Positions 10,654 to 19,963 are shown, numbered from the stretch's first letter. The stretch: DNA of 64,000 bases from Bacteroidota bacterium (GCA_016706865.1 JADJIS010000002.1:1236720-1300719); one strand, 5' to 3'. Numbers and translations: made by a program. The notes: a model not told the origin generated them from the letters alone.

Positions 10654-11505
10654 TTATTTATTTTTTATTGTCATTGGATAATGAAGTATCTCTTTTATTT
10701 CGTCATTTTGGCGGATAATAAGCAATTGATTTTCAATATTAATTATGGCCACAACATAACTGTACTTTAATTCAGGCTTCATAATGAAAACCTCGTTAGC
10801 CAAATGAAGTTTTAGATCGCTTCGAATAAATCTGATATAAAAAATATTCCCTTCTGTTAGTGGTATTTTAATTTTTGGGTTAAGATTAGGCAGATGTATC
10901 GTGCCATTATAATAAGTAGGTGATAATTGTAACGATTTTACTTGATCTGGTGTTTTTTGCCCGTGTGCGCTGTAGCGATGATGACTATTATGGAACTGTA
11001 TAAATTTTTGTTCTTGCATAGATAGATCTTCCAGATTTTTAAATGTATGCGTGTTCACAAACTTCTTCTGATAAGTATTATTAAACTGTTCGATCTTGCC
11101 GTTTCTCCAAGGTTCTCCTAAAGGAATAAAAATAACGACTACCCCTAGGCTAAGAGCAAAGCGCACAACATTTCCATAGCTTCTGGGGAATCGGTTGCTT
11201 CCCCGGAATGCTAATTCATTATCCATTTGTAAAGCGTCCGGTATGCCATGTATTTTCCAGAAGGAAGCAATGGCCTGAAGAATGTTTTCTGATGCTTTTG
11301 TGCGAACAGCTTCTACAAAACAGGTATGAGAACTTATATCTAAAATATTGACGCTATAGTATCTTCCATCACCTTTAATATATCTAGGCCCCACCAGATC
11401 TAATTGATGGGTATGAAGAAATAATTCAGGATATTCTATGGGTGATTTATAACCTGATGGCTTTGTATTTAATCCATGTTTTTTATTAATCGATTGATTG
11501 TCCAT
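10654..11505 (-). CDS. IS transposase OrfB (rve-type DDE integrase core)
   Basis: Candidate D..D..E residues in QLDLVGP / LQMDNELAFRG / PWRNGKIEQFNNT. It overlaps orfA by 37 nt in the -1 frame. Confidence 0.85.
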   Translation of the reverse strand: MDNQSINKKHGLNTKPSGYKSPIEYPELFLHTHQLDLVGPRYIKGDGRYYSVNILDISSHTCFVEAVRTKASENILQAIASFWKIHGIPDALQMDNELAFRGSNRFPRSYGNVVRFALSLGVVVIFIPLGEPWRNGKIEQFNNTYQKKFVNTHTFKNLEDLSMQEQKFIQFHNSHHRYSAHGQKTPDQVKSLQLSPTYYNGTIHLPNLNPKIKIPLTEGNIFYIRFIRSDLKLHLANEVFIMKPELKYSYVVAIINIENQLLIIRQNDEIKEILHYPMTIKNK

Positions 11506-11831
11506 ACCGAAGGAATAGGTTTAATTCCACGAAGTTCGCATTGGTATTGAATAGAAATTGCTCCGATTTGCGCCATCCTTTCGTTTACCAATTCCTTTCT
11601 GATTTGCAGAATTTGCGCCTCCAACTCAATGGATAAAGTTGAAGAGTTTTTTTTGGGTGCCTTACTTCGATCTTTAAACCAACTAAGTTCATCAGTTCTA
11701 AGGTTATATTGGTTTATCCAGTGGTGAACCCATTTGCGGCTTTTCTTAAATACCATTGCAATATGAGTTACATGTTCACCCTTTAAAAACCTTTGGACCG
11801 CCTCTTGTCTTTGCTGATACGAATTCATCAC
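11469..11831 (-). CDS. IS transposase OrfA (helix-turn-helix DNA-binding part)
   Basis: 120 aa and basic, with an HTH-like stretch VTHIAMVFKKSRKWVHHW. It ends just after the slippery site. Confidence 0.75.
   Translation of the reverse strand: MMNSYQQRQEAVQRFLKGEHVTHIAMVFKKSRKWVHHWINQYNLRTDELSWFKDRSKAPKKNSSTLSIELEAQILQIRKELVNERMAQIGAISIQYQCELRGIKPIPSVWTINRLIKNMD
11478..11484 (-). promoter_or_regulatory. Candidate -1 programmed ribosomal frameshift heptamer A_AAA_AAC joining orfA to orfB
   Basis: In the orfA frame the codons read tta ata aaa aac atg gat taa. The -1 frame continues aaa aaa cat gga tta aat (KKHGLNTKPSGY...). Confidence 0.55.
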
Positions 11832-11932
11832 CTTTTTAGATGAGTATCAACCTTTTATGCTAAAAAACAAAATAAAGTGTTACCTATGTAGTGCTACGAT
11901 AAAATGTGTTACCTATGTAGTGCTATTTATCA

Positions 11933-12003
11933 CATAAGACATAGGACATAGGACTTGATGTAGGACATTGGAAAAGGACATAGGACATAGGAAATGGGAC
12001 AGG
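11933..12003. repeat. Imperfect heptamer array, GGACATA family
   Basis: cataagacataggacataggac...ggacataggacataggaaatgggacagg. Confidence 0.85.
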
Positions 12004-12116
12004 GTATATTTTCACGCAGGGTTATTAAAAAGGTTTAAATAGTGGAATAAAAATTTCACGCAGGGGACGCAGAGGGTGCAGAGAGCGCAGAGGTAGGGTG
12101 GGTTTATTGGGAGGAG

Positions 12117-12322
12117 TCAATGGTCATTAGTCAGGAGCAAAAGTAAACGGTTATTGATGTGCAAACTCACGATTCACGAAAAAGTCAAGAGTCATTAGTC
12201 AGGAGTAAAAGCATTCGGCTACCGATAAGTAAACTCACGATTCACGCCTCACGATTCACGAAAAATTGTCATTAGTCAAGAGTAGAAGTAAACGGCTATC
12301 GAGATTCAAACTCATTACTCCC
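12117..12322. repeat. Three ~55-80-bp composite units: GTCATTAGTCAGGAG - ~25-nt linker - (CACGATT)n
   Basis: Units start near 12117, 12184 and 12268. The same building blocks recur at 49.4 kb and 61.9-62.5 kb. Confidence 0.8.
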
Positions 12323-12452
12323 GTCCGACCGGGTCATCCGGGCGGGCATAACTCATAACTCATTAATTTACATTAATAAAAGCTAATAAAGGTTAATTGC
12401 TAGTTTACTGAATTAAAAACCTGTTATTTAGCATTTTCTAAAAGACCGACCT

Positions 12453-14123
12453 ATGAAAAAAATAGTAATTTTTCTCTTCGTAATGTTTTCTGCAATTATT
12501 GTATTTACTCAAAATGAATATGCAGAGCAAATAGATAATTTTTTCAAAAAAGCGCAAACCAATAATTTTTCGGGAAATGTATTGGTGGTGCATGAGGGGA
12601 AAATTATTTTGAAGGAAGGTTATGGGTGGAAGGATAGAGAAACGGAAATGCCGGAAGATGGGAATTCGGTGTTTGATATTGGTTCTATCACCAAACAATT
12701 TACCGGTGCAGCAATTTTGAAATTGGAGATGCAAGGTAAATTAAAAACCTCTGATCTGCTGAGTAAATATTTTCCGGAAATTCCTGCGGATAAAAAGAAT
12801 ATTACCTTACATCATTTACTGACACATTCAGCGGGATTTCCGGGAGCCGTTGGTGATGATTTCGAACAAATCAGTTCCGAAGATTTTATGAAACGCGCAT
12901 TTAACGAAGAATTACTTTTTACCCCCGGCGAAATGTATGAATATTCAAATGTTGGATTTTCAATTTTAGGAATCTTAGTGGAAAAATTGTCAGGCAAAAC
13001 ATACGAACAATTTTTGCATGATGAAATATTTGTTCCTGCAGGAATGTTGCATACAGGATATATAATTCCACAATATGATCCTAATACACTGAGTGTAGGT
13101 TATACTTCAGATGGTGAAAGATGGGGAACTATGCCGGAGCGGTTTAATGGAATTAGTCCGGGTTGGCATTTAAAAGCTAACGGTGGTATTTTGAGCACTT
13201 TGGATGATATGTATAATTGGACGTTGGCATTGGAAGGAGAGAAAATTTTAAATAATGCGGCAAAAGAAAAATATTTTACACCTCATATTAAAGAATATCC
13301 TGATGGAGATACTTATTACGGATATGGTTGGGTAATAATGGATTCACCGGAGGGTAAAATGATATGGCACAATGGTGGCAATGGAATTTCGCTGAGCACT
13401 TTTATGGGATTTAATCAGCAAACAAAAACCTGTGTTATTGTGAATGTAAATATCGGCGGAAAAGTATCTGATGATTATGCATTAAAAATATATGATATTT
13501 TAAGGGGAATTAATGAAGTGCCCGATCCGGAATTGATTAAAAAAAGCAATGGTATTTATGCTCTTGATGAAGCGTCAAAAATAACAGTGGAATTTGATGA
13601 GTTCGACAGATTAATTGTTCTTTATTCAACACCCGCTGCATTTAATGTATTGATAAGTGATGGCACTGAAAAAAAAGAAATTGTTGAAAAATACAATAGC
13701 AAAACTCAGGAAATGCTCAGCGGATTATTTTCCGAAAATTACCAATTAATTGCTGATGCCTGGGATATGCCCGCAGAAGAATTCGCCAACGGTCCTGGTG
13801 AAATGTGGAAACAAACCACCAAGGAAAATGGAGGATTTATTAATACTGAAATATTAGGCACTGCATTCCGCCCTCAAATGAATATTTATATTACAGTAGC
13901 AAGAATAAATTTTAAAGAGGATGTTGTATATATGATGTATGTCTGGAATGATCAAACTCTGCGCGATGCCCGCGAATTGGAAACGCCGGATAAAATGTTT
14001 GAATGGGAAAATAATAATATTTTTTCCGCACCAAATAATAATAAAAAGATCGTTTTGGAGGATGGAAGTTTGAAGATCGTTTCTGAAATGGGGGTTACGA
14101 CTGCGAAAAAAATTGACAATTGA
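12453..14123 (+). CDS. Serine hydrolase, beta-lactamase / PBP4*-like family, with a C-terminal extension
   Basis: Signal peptide, SITKQFT (SxxK) and YSNVGF (YxN). Length is 556 aa. Confidence 0.85.
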   Translation: MKKIVIFLFVMFSAIIVFTQNEYAEQIDNFFKKAQTNNFSGNVLVVHEGKIILKEGYGWKDRETEMPEDGNSVFDIGSITKQFTGAAILKLEMQGKLKTSDLLSKYFPEIPADKKNITLHHLLTHSAGFPGAVGDDFEQISSEDFMKRAFNEELLFTPGEMYEYSNVGFSILGILVEKLSGKTYEQFLHDEIFVPAGMLHTGYIIPQYDPNTLSVGYTSDGERWGTMPERFNGISPGWHLKANGGILSTLDDMYNWTLALEGEKILNNAAKEKYFTPHIKEYPDGDTYYGYGWVIMDSPEGKMIWHNGGNGISLSTFMGFNQQTKTCVIVNVNIGGKVSDDYALKIYDILRGINEVPDPELIKKSNGIYALDEASKITVEFDEFDRLIVLYSTPAAFNVLISDGTEKKEIVEKYNSKTQEMLSGLFSENYQLIADAWDMPAEEFANGPGEMWKQTTKENGGFINTEILGTAFRPQMNIYITVARINFKEDVVYMMYVWNDQTLRDARELETPDKMFEWENNNIFSAPNNNKKIVLEDGSLKIVSEMGVTTAKKIDN

Positions 14124-14177
14124 TAATTGATAATTGACAATTGATAATTGATAATTGATAATTGACAATTGACAATT
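14113..14177. repeat. Tandem heptamers GATAATT/GACAATT (~9 copies), overlapping the stop codon of the preceding gene
   Basis: ttgacaattgataattgataattgacaattgataattgataattgataattgacaattgacaatt. Confidence 0.9.
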
Positions 14178-14210
14178 TCGTCGGGAGGATGATTAAGCTT
14201 CGGGTGAAAA

Positions 14211-14238
14211 TTGAGAGTTGAGAATTGAGAGTTGAGAA
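14211..14238. repeat. Tandem heptamers GAGAGTT/GAGAATT (4 copies)
   Basis: ttgagagttgagaattgagagttgagaa. The flanking ~28-nt linkers tcgtc(g/a)ggaggatgattaagctt occur at ~14178 and ~14243, with a degenerate copy at ~14297. Confidence 0.85.
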
Positions 14239-14656
14239 TGTGTCGTCAGGAGGATGATTAAGCTTTGGAAAAATTGATAATTGATAATTGACAATGATCG
14301 TCAGGATGATGATTTTTCCTCCGAATTGGTATAATGTCTAGGCCCATGTCCTGTATTTCATATCCCGTGTCCCCCTTTCCTTTTCCTGTGTCCAGTCCCG
14401 TGTCCTTCTTCCAGTGTCCGTATTGTGTCCATTTTTTGCCGTTACCACGGACTAAAGTCCGTTGTTACAAGATGTATCGTCCCTTCGGGACTGGTAGTTG
14501 TTGAGCAAGTTTAAACTATCTATTTTTCAGCAACATTTTTTCATCCCTTTTTATTGTCAACCTATTTCAGGACAAGACACCTATTTCCTACTTCCTACTT
14601 CCTATGTCCCAACTTTACATAAATTTAACTTTATATTTACACAAAAAATATAAAGC

Positions 14657-17179
14657 ATGCGTCAGGTACTTTTTCTCCTCTTAGCCCTTTTAGGTACTCA
14701 GGTTTATAGTCAGGTAGTTATTAATGAATATTCAGCATCCAATTGGAAACAATTTCAGGATAATCATAACGACTATGAGGATTGGTTCGAACTTTATAAT
14801 GTTGGCGGATTGGATGTTGATCTTAGTGGTTATCATTTGAGTGACGACGATGATGAATTAAATAAATGGACAATTCCGGCAGGAACTATAATTGCTGCAA
14901 ACGATTTTATTTTAATTTGGTGCTCTGGCAGAGATGTAGTGGAAGGTGATAATTTCCATGTAAATTTCAGACTTACACAAACCAAAAATAATCCCGATCA
15001 AATTATTTTATCGGATGCGGGTTTAAATATTATAGATTCGCTTACTATGGATTTTACACTCACGCATAATGCAAGAGCGAGAAGTGTGGATGGATCTGCA
15101 AATTGGAAAGTTTGTACAGATCCAACTCCGGGTGCTACAAATAATACGGCTTTAATGTTTTCCGCATATAGCGACAGGCCGGAAATGAATTTAGCAGGAG
15201 GTTTTTATAATACACCCGTATATGTTAGTATCTCAACCATTGAACCAAGTGGAGAAATTCATTTTACTTTAGATGGAACAGAACCAAAATTAAATGACCC
15301 GATATACACAGATTCTATTTTAATTGAAAATACAACGGTATTAAAAGCAAGAACTTTTTCTCCTGATCCAAATATACTTCCGGGTAAAATTCAGTTTAAC
15401 ACCTATTTTATTAATGTAAGTCATACCATGAGTGTGGTATCGATTGCTGCTGATACTTTATTGGAATTGGCAAATGGTGATCAGGACCTGGAACCGATAG
15501 GTTCTATTGAAATATTCGGTGCGGATCTCGATAGTAAAACAAGATCTTACGGCGAATTAAATTCGCATGGACAAGACAGCTGGGCAAATGATCAGCGCAG
15601 TATAGATTGGGTGAGCAGAGATGAGTTTGGATATAGCAATGCATTAAAAGAAAAGTTTTTTGATGTATCGGAGAGAGATGAATTTCAGAGAATGATTTTT
15701 CGTGCTGCAGGAGATGATAATTATCCTGCCGCACATCATTCAGAAAATGAAGGAAGTGCACATATGCGCGATGATTATATTCAGATGCTTGCAAAAAATG
15801 ATGATCTTTTATTGGATGTAAGAACATCAGCAAGATGTATCGTTTATTTAAATGGTGAATATTGGGGAGTTTATTCATTCCGTGAAAAAACGGATGATCA
15901 TGATTTTACGGAATTTTATTACAATCAGGGAAAATATGATCTGCAATATCAAATGACATGGGGAGATACCTGGAGTGAATATGGAGGAATAGCAACTGAA
16001 AATGCATGGGACGATCTTCGTGATCTTGCAGATGATAATGATCTTACCATTGACAGCAATTATGAAAAGGTGACCGATCTTTTAGATATTTATAGTCTTG
16101 TAGATTACATGTGTGTTAATACTTCTTCTGTTTGTAAAGATTGGTTGATATATAACACTGCAGTTTGGCGCGGATTTAATCCTGAAGGAACGCATCATAA
16201 ATGGGGTTATACTTTATGGGATCTTGATGCAACTTTTGGATTTTATATTAATTATTCCGGTGTTCCAACCGTTGGTCCGGAAGCATTGCCATGTGATGTT
16301 GATGTATACGATCCTACCTGGTTTCCACCGAGTTATTTTGATGGAGAAGGTCATGTTCGTTTGATGAATAAATTGCGCACCAATCCCGAATTCGAACAAT
16401 TTTATTTATCGAGATATACCGATTTGTATAATACCACTTTCAGTTGTGAAAATATGTTGTATTCACTTGATAGCATGATGGCGGTGATAGAACCTGAAAT
16501 GGCAATGCATGCAGAAAGATGGTACGGTACTTACGATGAATGGCATGAAAATTTTATGGAATTGCGCAGCTGGATAGAAGAACGTTGCGCATTATTATAT
16601 ACAGGCATGAGTGATTGTTACGAACTTACAGGACCTTACGATGTAACATTTAATGTAGAACCTCCGGGGGCAGGTCATATAAAAATAAATACACTTACGC
16701 ATTATGATCTTCCCTGGAATGGAACTTATTTCGGAGGAATGGAAAATAAATTAATTGCATATTCCAATGATATGGGAGCTTATGTTTTTGATCACTGGGA
16801 AGCAAATCATGCAACATTTTCTCCTGGTTGGGATTCCACTATGACAACCTTAACTCAATCAGATACCATCACCGCATTTTTCAGAGTTCCGACAAGTATT
16901 GAGGAAATACAAACAATTCCATTATCCGTTTATCCAACAGTTTTCACCAACGGAATTATAATAAATTTCGAATTAACAGAAAGCGTTCCTGTATCATTTA
17001 ATCTCTTCAATAATCTCGGCCAAAAGATCGCCACAAAAATTGTTTCCGATAACACAAATCCAGGACAACATTTTATTGCATGGGATCTTACTGATCTGAA
17101 TTTATCATTCGGTGTTTATTTGGTGGAGTTTGTTGCGGGGGATTATAGGAAGAGCGTGAAGGTAGTGGGAGGGAAGTAG
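14657..17179 (+). CDS. CotH-kinase-family protein with an N-terminal lamin-tail domain, a chitobiase-C-like domain and a T9SS C-terminal sorting domain
   Basis: VVINEYSASN...DWFELYN (LTD), EIHFTLDGTEPK (CHB_HEX_C-like), YLNGEYWGVYSFREKTDDHDF (CotH). The C-terminal LSVYPTVFTNGIIINF...GVYLVEF is the CTD. Confidence 0.85.
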   Translation: MRQVLFLLLALLGTQVYSQVVINEYSASNWKQFQDNHNDYEDWFELYNVGGLDVDLSGYHLSDDDDELNKWTIPAGTIIAANDFILIWCSGRDVVEGDNFHVNFRLTQTKNNPDQIILSDAGLNIIDSLTMDFTLTHNARARSVDGSANWKVCTDPTPGATNNTALMFSAYSDRPEMNLAGGFYNTPVYVSISTIEPSGEIHFTLDGTEPKLNDPIYTDSILIENTTVLKARTFSPDPNILPGKIQFNTYFINVSHTMSVVSIAADTLLELANGDQDLEPIGSIEIFGADLDSKTRSYGELNSHGQDSWANDQRSIDWVSRDEFGYSNALKEKFFDVSERDEFQRMIFRAAGDDNYPAAHHSENEGSAHMRDDYIQMLAKNDDLLLDVRTSARCIVYLNGEYWGVYSFREKTDDHDFTEFYYNQGKYDLQYQMTWGDTWSEYGGIATENAWDDLRDLADDNDLTIDSNYEKVTDLLDIYSLVDYMCVNTSSVCKDWLIYNTAVWRGFNPEGTHHKWGYTLWDLDATFGFYINYSGVPTVGPEALPCDVDVYDPTWFPPSYFDGEGHVRLMNKLRTNPEFEQFYLSRYTDLYNTTFSCENMLYSLDSMMAVIEPEMAMHAERWYGTYDEWHENFMELRSWIEERCALLYTGMSDCYELTGPYDVTFNVEPPGAGHIKINTLTHYDLPWNGTYFGGMENKLIAYSNDMGAYVFDHWEANHATFSPGWDSTMTTLTQSDTITAFFRVPTSIEEIQTIPLSVYPTVFTNGIIINFELTESVPVSFNLFNNLGQKIATKIVSDNTNPGQHFIAWDLTDLNLSFGVYLVEFVAGDYRKSVKVVGGK

Positions 17180-17291
17180 GAAATAGGAAGTAGGAAGGAA
17201 GTAGGAAATAGGACACGGGACACAGGACTGACATAGGACATTGGAAAAGGAAATAGGACTTTAGTGTGTATCAGGTATCGGGTATCAGGAA
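17173..17291. repeat. Concatenated heptamer arrays GTAGGAA, GGACACG/GGACATA and GGTATCR, starting inside the CotH stop codon
   Basis: gggaagTAGgaaataggaagtaggaaggaagtaggaaataggacacgggacacaggac...gtatcaggtatcgggtatcagg. Confidence 0.85.
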
Positions 17292-17335
17292 AACAAATGG
17301 TGGGGTTTTTAGGAAATCTATTCCGTATCGAGTGT

Positions 17336-17375
17336 CCCCACAGAGTTACGCGCAGCGAACTCTGTGGATTCGGAG
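17336..17375. repeat. Hairpin element CCCCACAGAGTT-N10-AACTCTGTGGATTCGGAG (left copy)
   Basis: 10-bp stem ccacagagtt/aactctgtgg. It is the reverse complement of the copy at 17961-17998 except for the loop. Confidence 0.8.
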
Positions 17376-17656
17376 GTTGATTTTAAGGATTAAAATAATT
17401 TGCTGCTATTAATATTAATTTGTGGGCAAAATTTATTGGCCACTAAGGTCGATTATTATAAAGTTAATTGCTTCGGAGAAAATCAATAACTCCAGAGAGT
17501 TTCTCCACAGTGTTACCGAAGGAACGCTTTGGGAGGACTAGGATTACCTATCATGAGGATCGAATACCTTTCATGTTTATAAAAATAAATAACGACAATC
17601 ATAATTATAAAAGTGATTTCAAGATAAAATAAAGTTAATTGTGGAATAATTAATTT

Positions 17657-17944
17657 ATGAATAGATTCAAAGTATTTATTTGTGTTATAATTATTTTCAT
17701 AATAATTAATTTTATTCAGGCTTTATTATTAAATTCTGTCAATAAGGAATGGAAATCCATTTCAACAAAATGTAACATGTCTGATTTTATTGCTTTAAAT
17801 TTTGAAAGCGGGAATTTAAATGTATTTGGTGGAATAAATAACAAAAGCAAAAATCAAACAGGGGTATTATTATTGTTTACTGGTAAAAAAGTTGTTATTC
17901 TTAATATTACAGGAATGGAGATATGTGTCTATACTCAATTATGA
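17657..17944 (+). CDS. Orphan small membrane-anchored ORF (95 aa)
   Basis: The only sizeable ORF in an AT-rich segment bracketed by the inverted hairpin elements. It has an N-terminal hydrophobic helix and no motif support. Confidence 0.25.
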   Translation: MNRFKVFICVIIIFIIINFIQALLLNSVNKEWKSISTKCNMSDFIALNFESGNLNVFGGINNKSKNQTGVLLLFTGKKVVILNITGMEICVYTQL

Positions 17945-17960
17945 ACCCTAAACATTACTA

Positions 17961-17998
17961 CTCCGAATCCACAGAGTTCCTTCGGTAACTCTGTGGGG
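17961..17998. repeat. Hairpin element CTCCGAATCCACAGAGTT-N8-AACTCTGTGGGG (right copy, inverted)
   Basis: See the left copy. A degenerate third copy lies at ~17470-17535. Confidence 0.8.
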
Positions 17999-18088
17999 AA
18001 ATAAGAGCACGAAAATTGTGAAGTAGGAAATGGAAATTAGGATTGGATTGTCTATTTCCTACTTCCTATTTCCTACTTCTAGTGTCCC

Positions 18089-19963
18089 CTATTCAATAAG
18101 AAGCACCTTATCCTTCGGATACTTCACATTATACTGCAACAATAATTTTTTCTCCTCTTTGGCGTTGAGATTCAGTTCCCAGGTTATTATTTGTGTTTCT
18201 TCTTCTATTTTTCCACCACTGAAATCCATTTTTTCTACTATCATATCATTTTCAGTGGCAATTGGGAATTGATCCTGAATTACAATTTTTATGGGCTGTT
18301 GTTTATTGTTTTTGATCACGATCTCATAGGCTATAATTTCTTTTTTATTTGTGCCAATAAATTGTCGTTGCGTAAATTCTTTTAATTTATTGCGTTGAAT
18401 TATCACACCCTTATCTCTTCCCAAAGAAATACTCAAAGTATCTTTTGCATAGGCAATATCTAAAATTGTTTTACCGAGATAAGCTCCTTCAAAAAATAAA
18501 TTGGCTTCTCCGGTCAATAAATTCAGATCCTGCCAGTCGGTTATTTTTGCAGTGAGGAATGCATCTCTGTCGATTTTAGGAACTGCAAAATATTCGAAAT
18601 CAGCTTTTACTTTTACAGCTTTTATATCAATGGTGTAGACTTTTCCATCATTTAAAATGGTATACGGTTCTGTTATATCATAAGTAAATGTTGTAGGTTT
18701 ATATTCAAAATTTGTTTCGAGAGCGATCGTTTTGAGGTCGATCTTTTGAGAGTTTGATAAACTCTTTGCATCGCCACTAAAACCATAAGAATTAACAGCG
18801 TTACTTCTGAGGGTAACTTCCTGAAGCATATTTGTACTTTCAACCATCATAACATTTACCTGATTAGAGGAAATTGGTAATTCTATAGTATTGTAACCTA
18901 TATAACTAAAAACAAGATAATTTGATCCTTGCGGTAATTGTAACATATAATTACCGTCGGCATCTGTTACAGTTCCTACTGTTGTTCCTTTAACAATTAC
19001 TGTTGCAAATGATAAAGGGTCGCCATTCTGGTCTGTTATTTTACCTCTTACAACAGTAATTCCATTATTTTTATAATCCTGTTTTTTTCCTTGCACATAA
19101 CCTGCATTTCCATAATACAATCTCCATGGATATAAAAATGGAGCAACTCCACTTTCATTTGGATTTCCATTACTTAAAGTAACTTTAACATCCTTCCAAT
19201 CTTCCCCGCTGTTTTGATAAACATTCGCCTTGTAATAAATTTCCACAGGTTCATTAATATTATCTACACGCAGATCGTAATTCGCAAACCATCCTGCATT
19301 AAGAACATAATAACTGATCTCGAAACTTCCGGATGTTGCAGCCTTTGAAGATACAATAACATGAATTTCAGCGGTGGGTTTTTCCTTTTTTGCAAAAAGT
19401 GTATTTAGTTGTTGAGCTATTTTTTGAGATTCGTCGTTGAGCTCTTTTATTTTTTTATTGAGTTCATTTTGTTTCAGATATATTTCTGTCAATCGCGTGC
19501 GCTGGAAGTCAGCAGCTGCTTTTAAATTCTCCGTATTCACACCCACATTACTTCCTCCAATACTCTGATTTTTTTCCATCAAAAGTTGTTCCTGCTTATA
19601 AACATTTAATATCGAGTTGTTATAAGTAATTTGTTCTGCCAACTCCTCCTTTCTTTTTTCCAGTTGTTGTATCTCATCCGATACCGCCTGCACTTTGAGA
19701 TAATTCATTTGATGTCCCACCGACATAATTGTAAAGGAGCCTTCCCCTTTAACTTGTATACTTTGTTTGTCGATATAGGGAGAGATATCAGTAAACACCA
19801 TTTCCGTTTTGCCGGTTTCAATATTTGTTTTGGCAGTTCTGTTAATTTGTGCACCGTTGGTAAACACAATTACTTTTTCAATTTTAGAAGTTATGTTTTG
19901 TTTGGTTTGAGTAAAGAGCTGTGTTGTAAACAGCATAATTATTCCGGTAATGAGGATGCGCAT
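18089..19963 (-). CDS. DUF4140/DUF4139 (MuiA-like) protein with an inserted CarboxypepD_reg-like domain
   Basis: The N-terminus VIVFTNGAQINRTAKTNIETGKTEMVFTDISPYIDKQSIQVKGEG is DUF4140-like. There is a coiled-coil middle. GKITDQNGDPLSFATVIVKGTTVGTVTDADGNY is CarboxypepD_reg-like. Confidence 0.7.
   Translation of the reverse strand: MRILITGIIMLFTTQLFTQTKQNITSKIEKVIVFTNGAQINRTAKTNIETGKTEMVFTDISPYIDKQSIQVKGEGSFTIMSVGHQMNYLKVQAVSDEIQQLEKRKEELAEQITYNNSILNVYKQEQLLMEKNQSIGGSNVGVNTENLKAAADFQRTRLTEIYLKQNELNKKIKELNDESQKIAQQLNTLFAKKEKPTAEIHVIVSSKAATSGSFEISYYVLNAGWFANYDLRVDNINEPVEIYYKANVYQNSGEDWKDVKVTLSNGNPNESGVAPFLYPWRLYYGNAGYVQGKKQDYKNNGITVVRGKITDQNGDPLSFATVIVKGTTVGTVTDADGNYMLQLPQGSNYLVFSYIGYNTIELPISSNQVNVMMVESTNMLQEVTLRSNAVNSYGFSGDAKSLSNSQKIDLKTIALETNFEYKPTTFTYDITEPYTILNDGKVYTIDIKAVKVKADFEYFAVPKIDRDAFLTAKITDWQDLNLLTGEANLFFEGAYLGKTILDIAYAKDTLSISLGRDKGVIIQRNKLKEFTQRQFIGTNKKEIIAYEIVIKNNKQQPIKIVIQDQFPIATENDMIVEKMDFSGGKIEEETQIITWELNLNAKEEKKLLLQYNVKYPKDKVLLIE

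Larger units (their letters stand above)
10506..11932 (-). mobile_element. IS3-like insertion sequence (~1.43 kb) with two overlapping transposase ORFs, TG...CA ends and ~23-bp inverted repeats present twice at each end
   Basis: IR copies TAGCA(A/T)(T/C)ACATAGGTAACACTTT lie at 10511-10536 and 10599-10625. Their reverse complements lie at 11874-11896 and 11904-11925. The flanking direct repeat (A)CATAAG is at 10499-10505 and 11932-11938. Confidence 0.8.

Noticed and set aside
13854-14168. Minus-strand ORFs 13854..14168 and 13952..14140
   Set aside because: They are antisense to the well-supported serine-hydrolase gene, and their N-termini are translations of the GATAATT/GACAATT array (MSIINYQLSI…).
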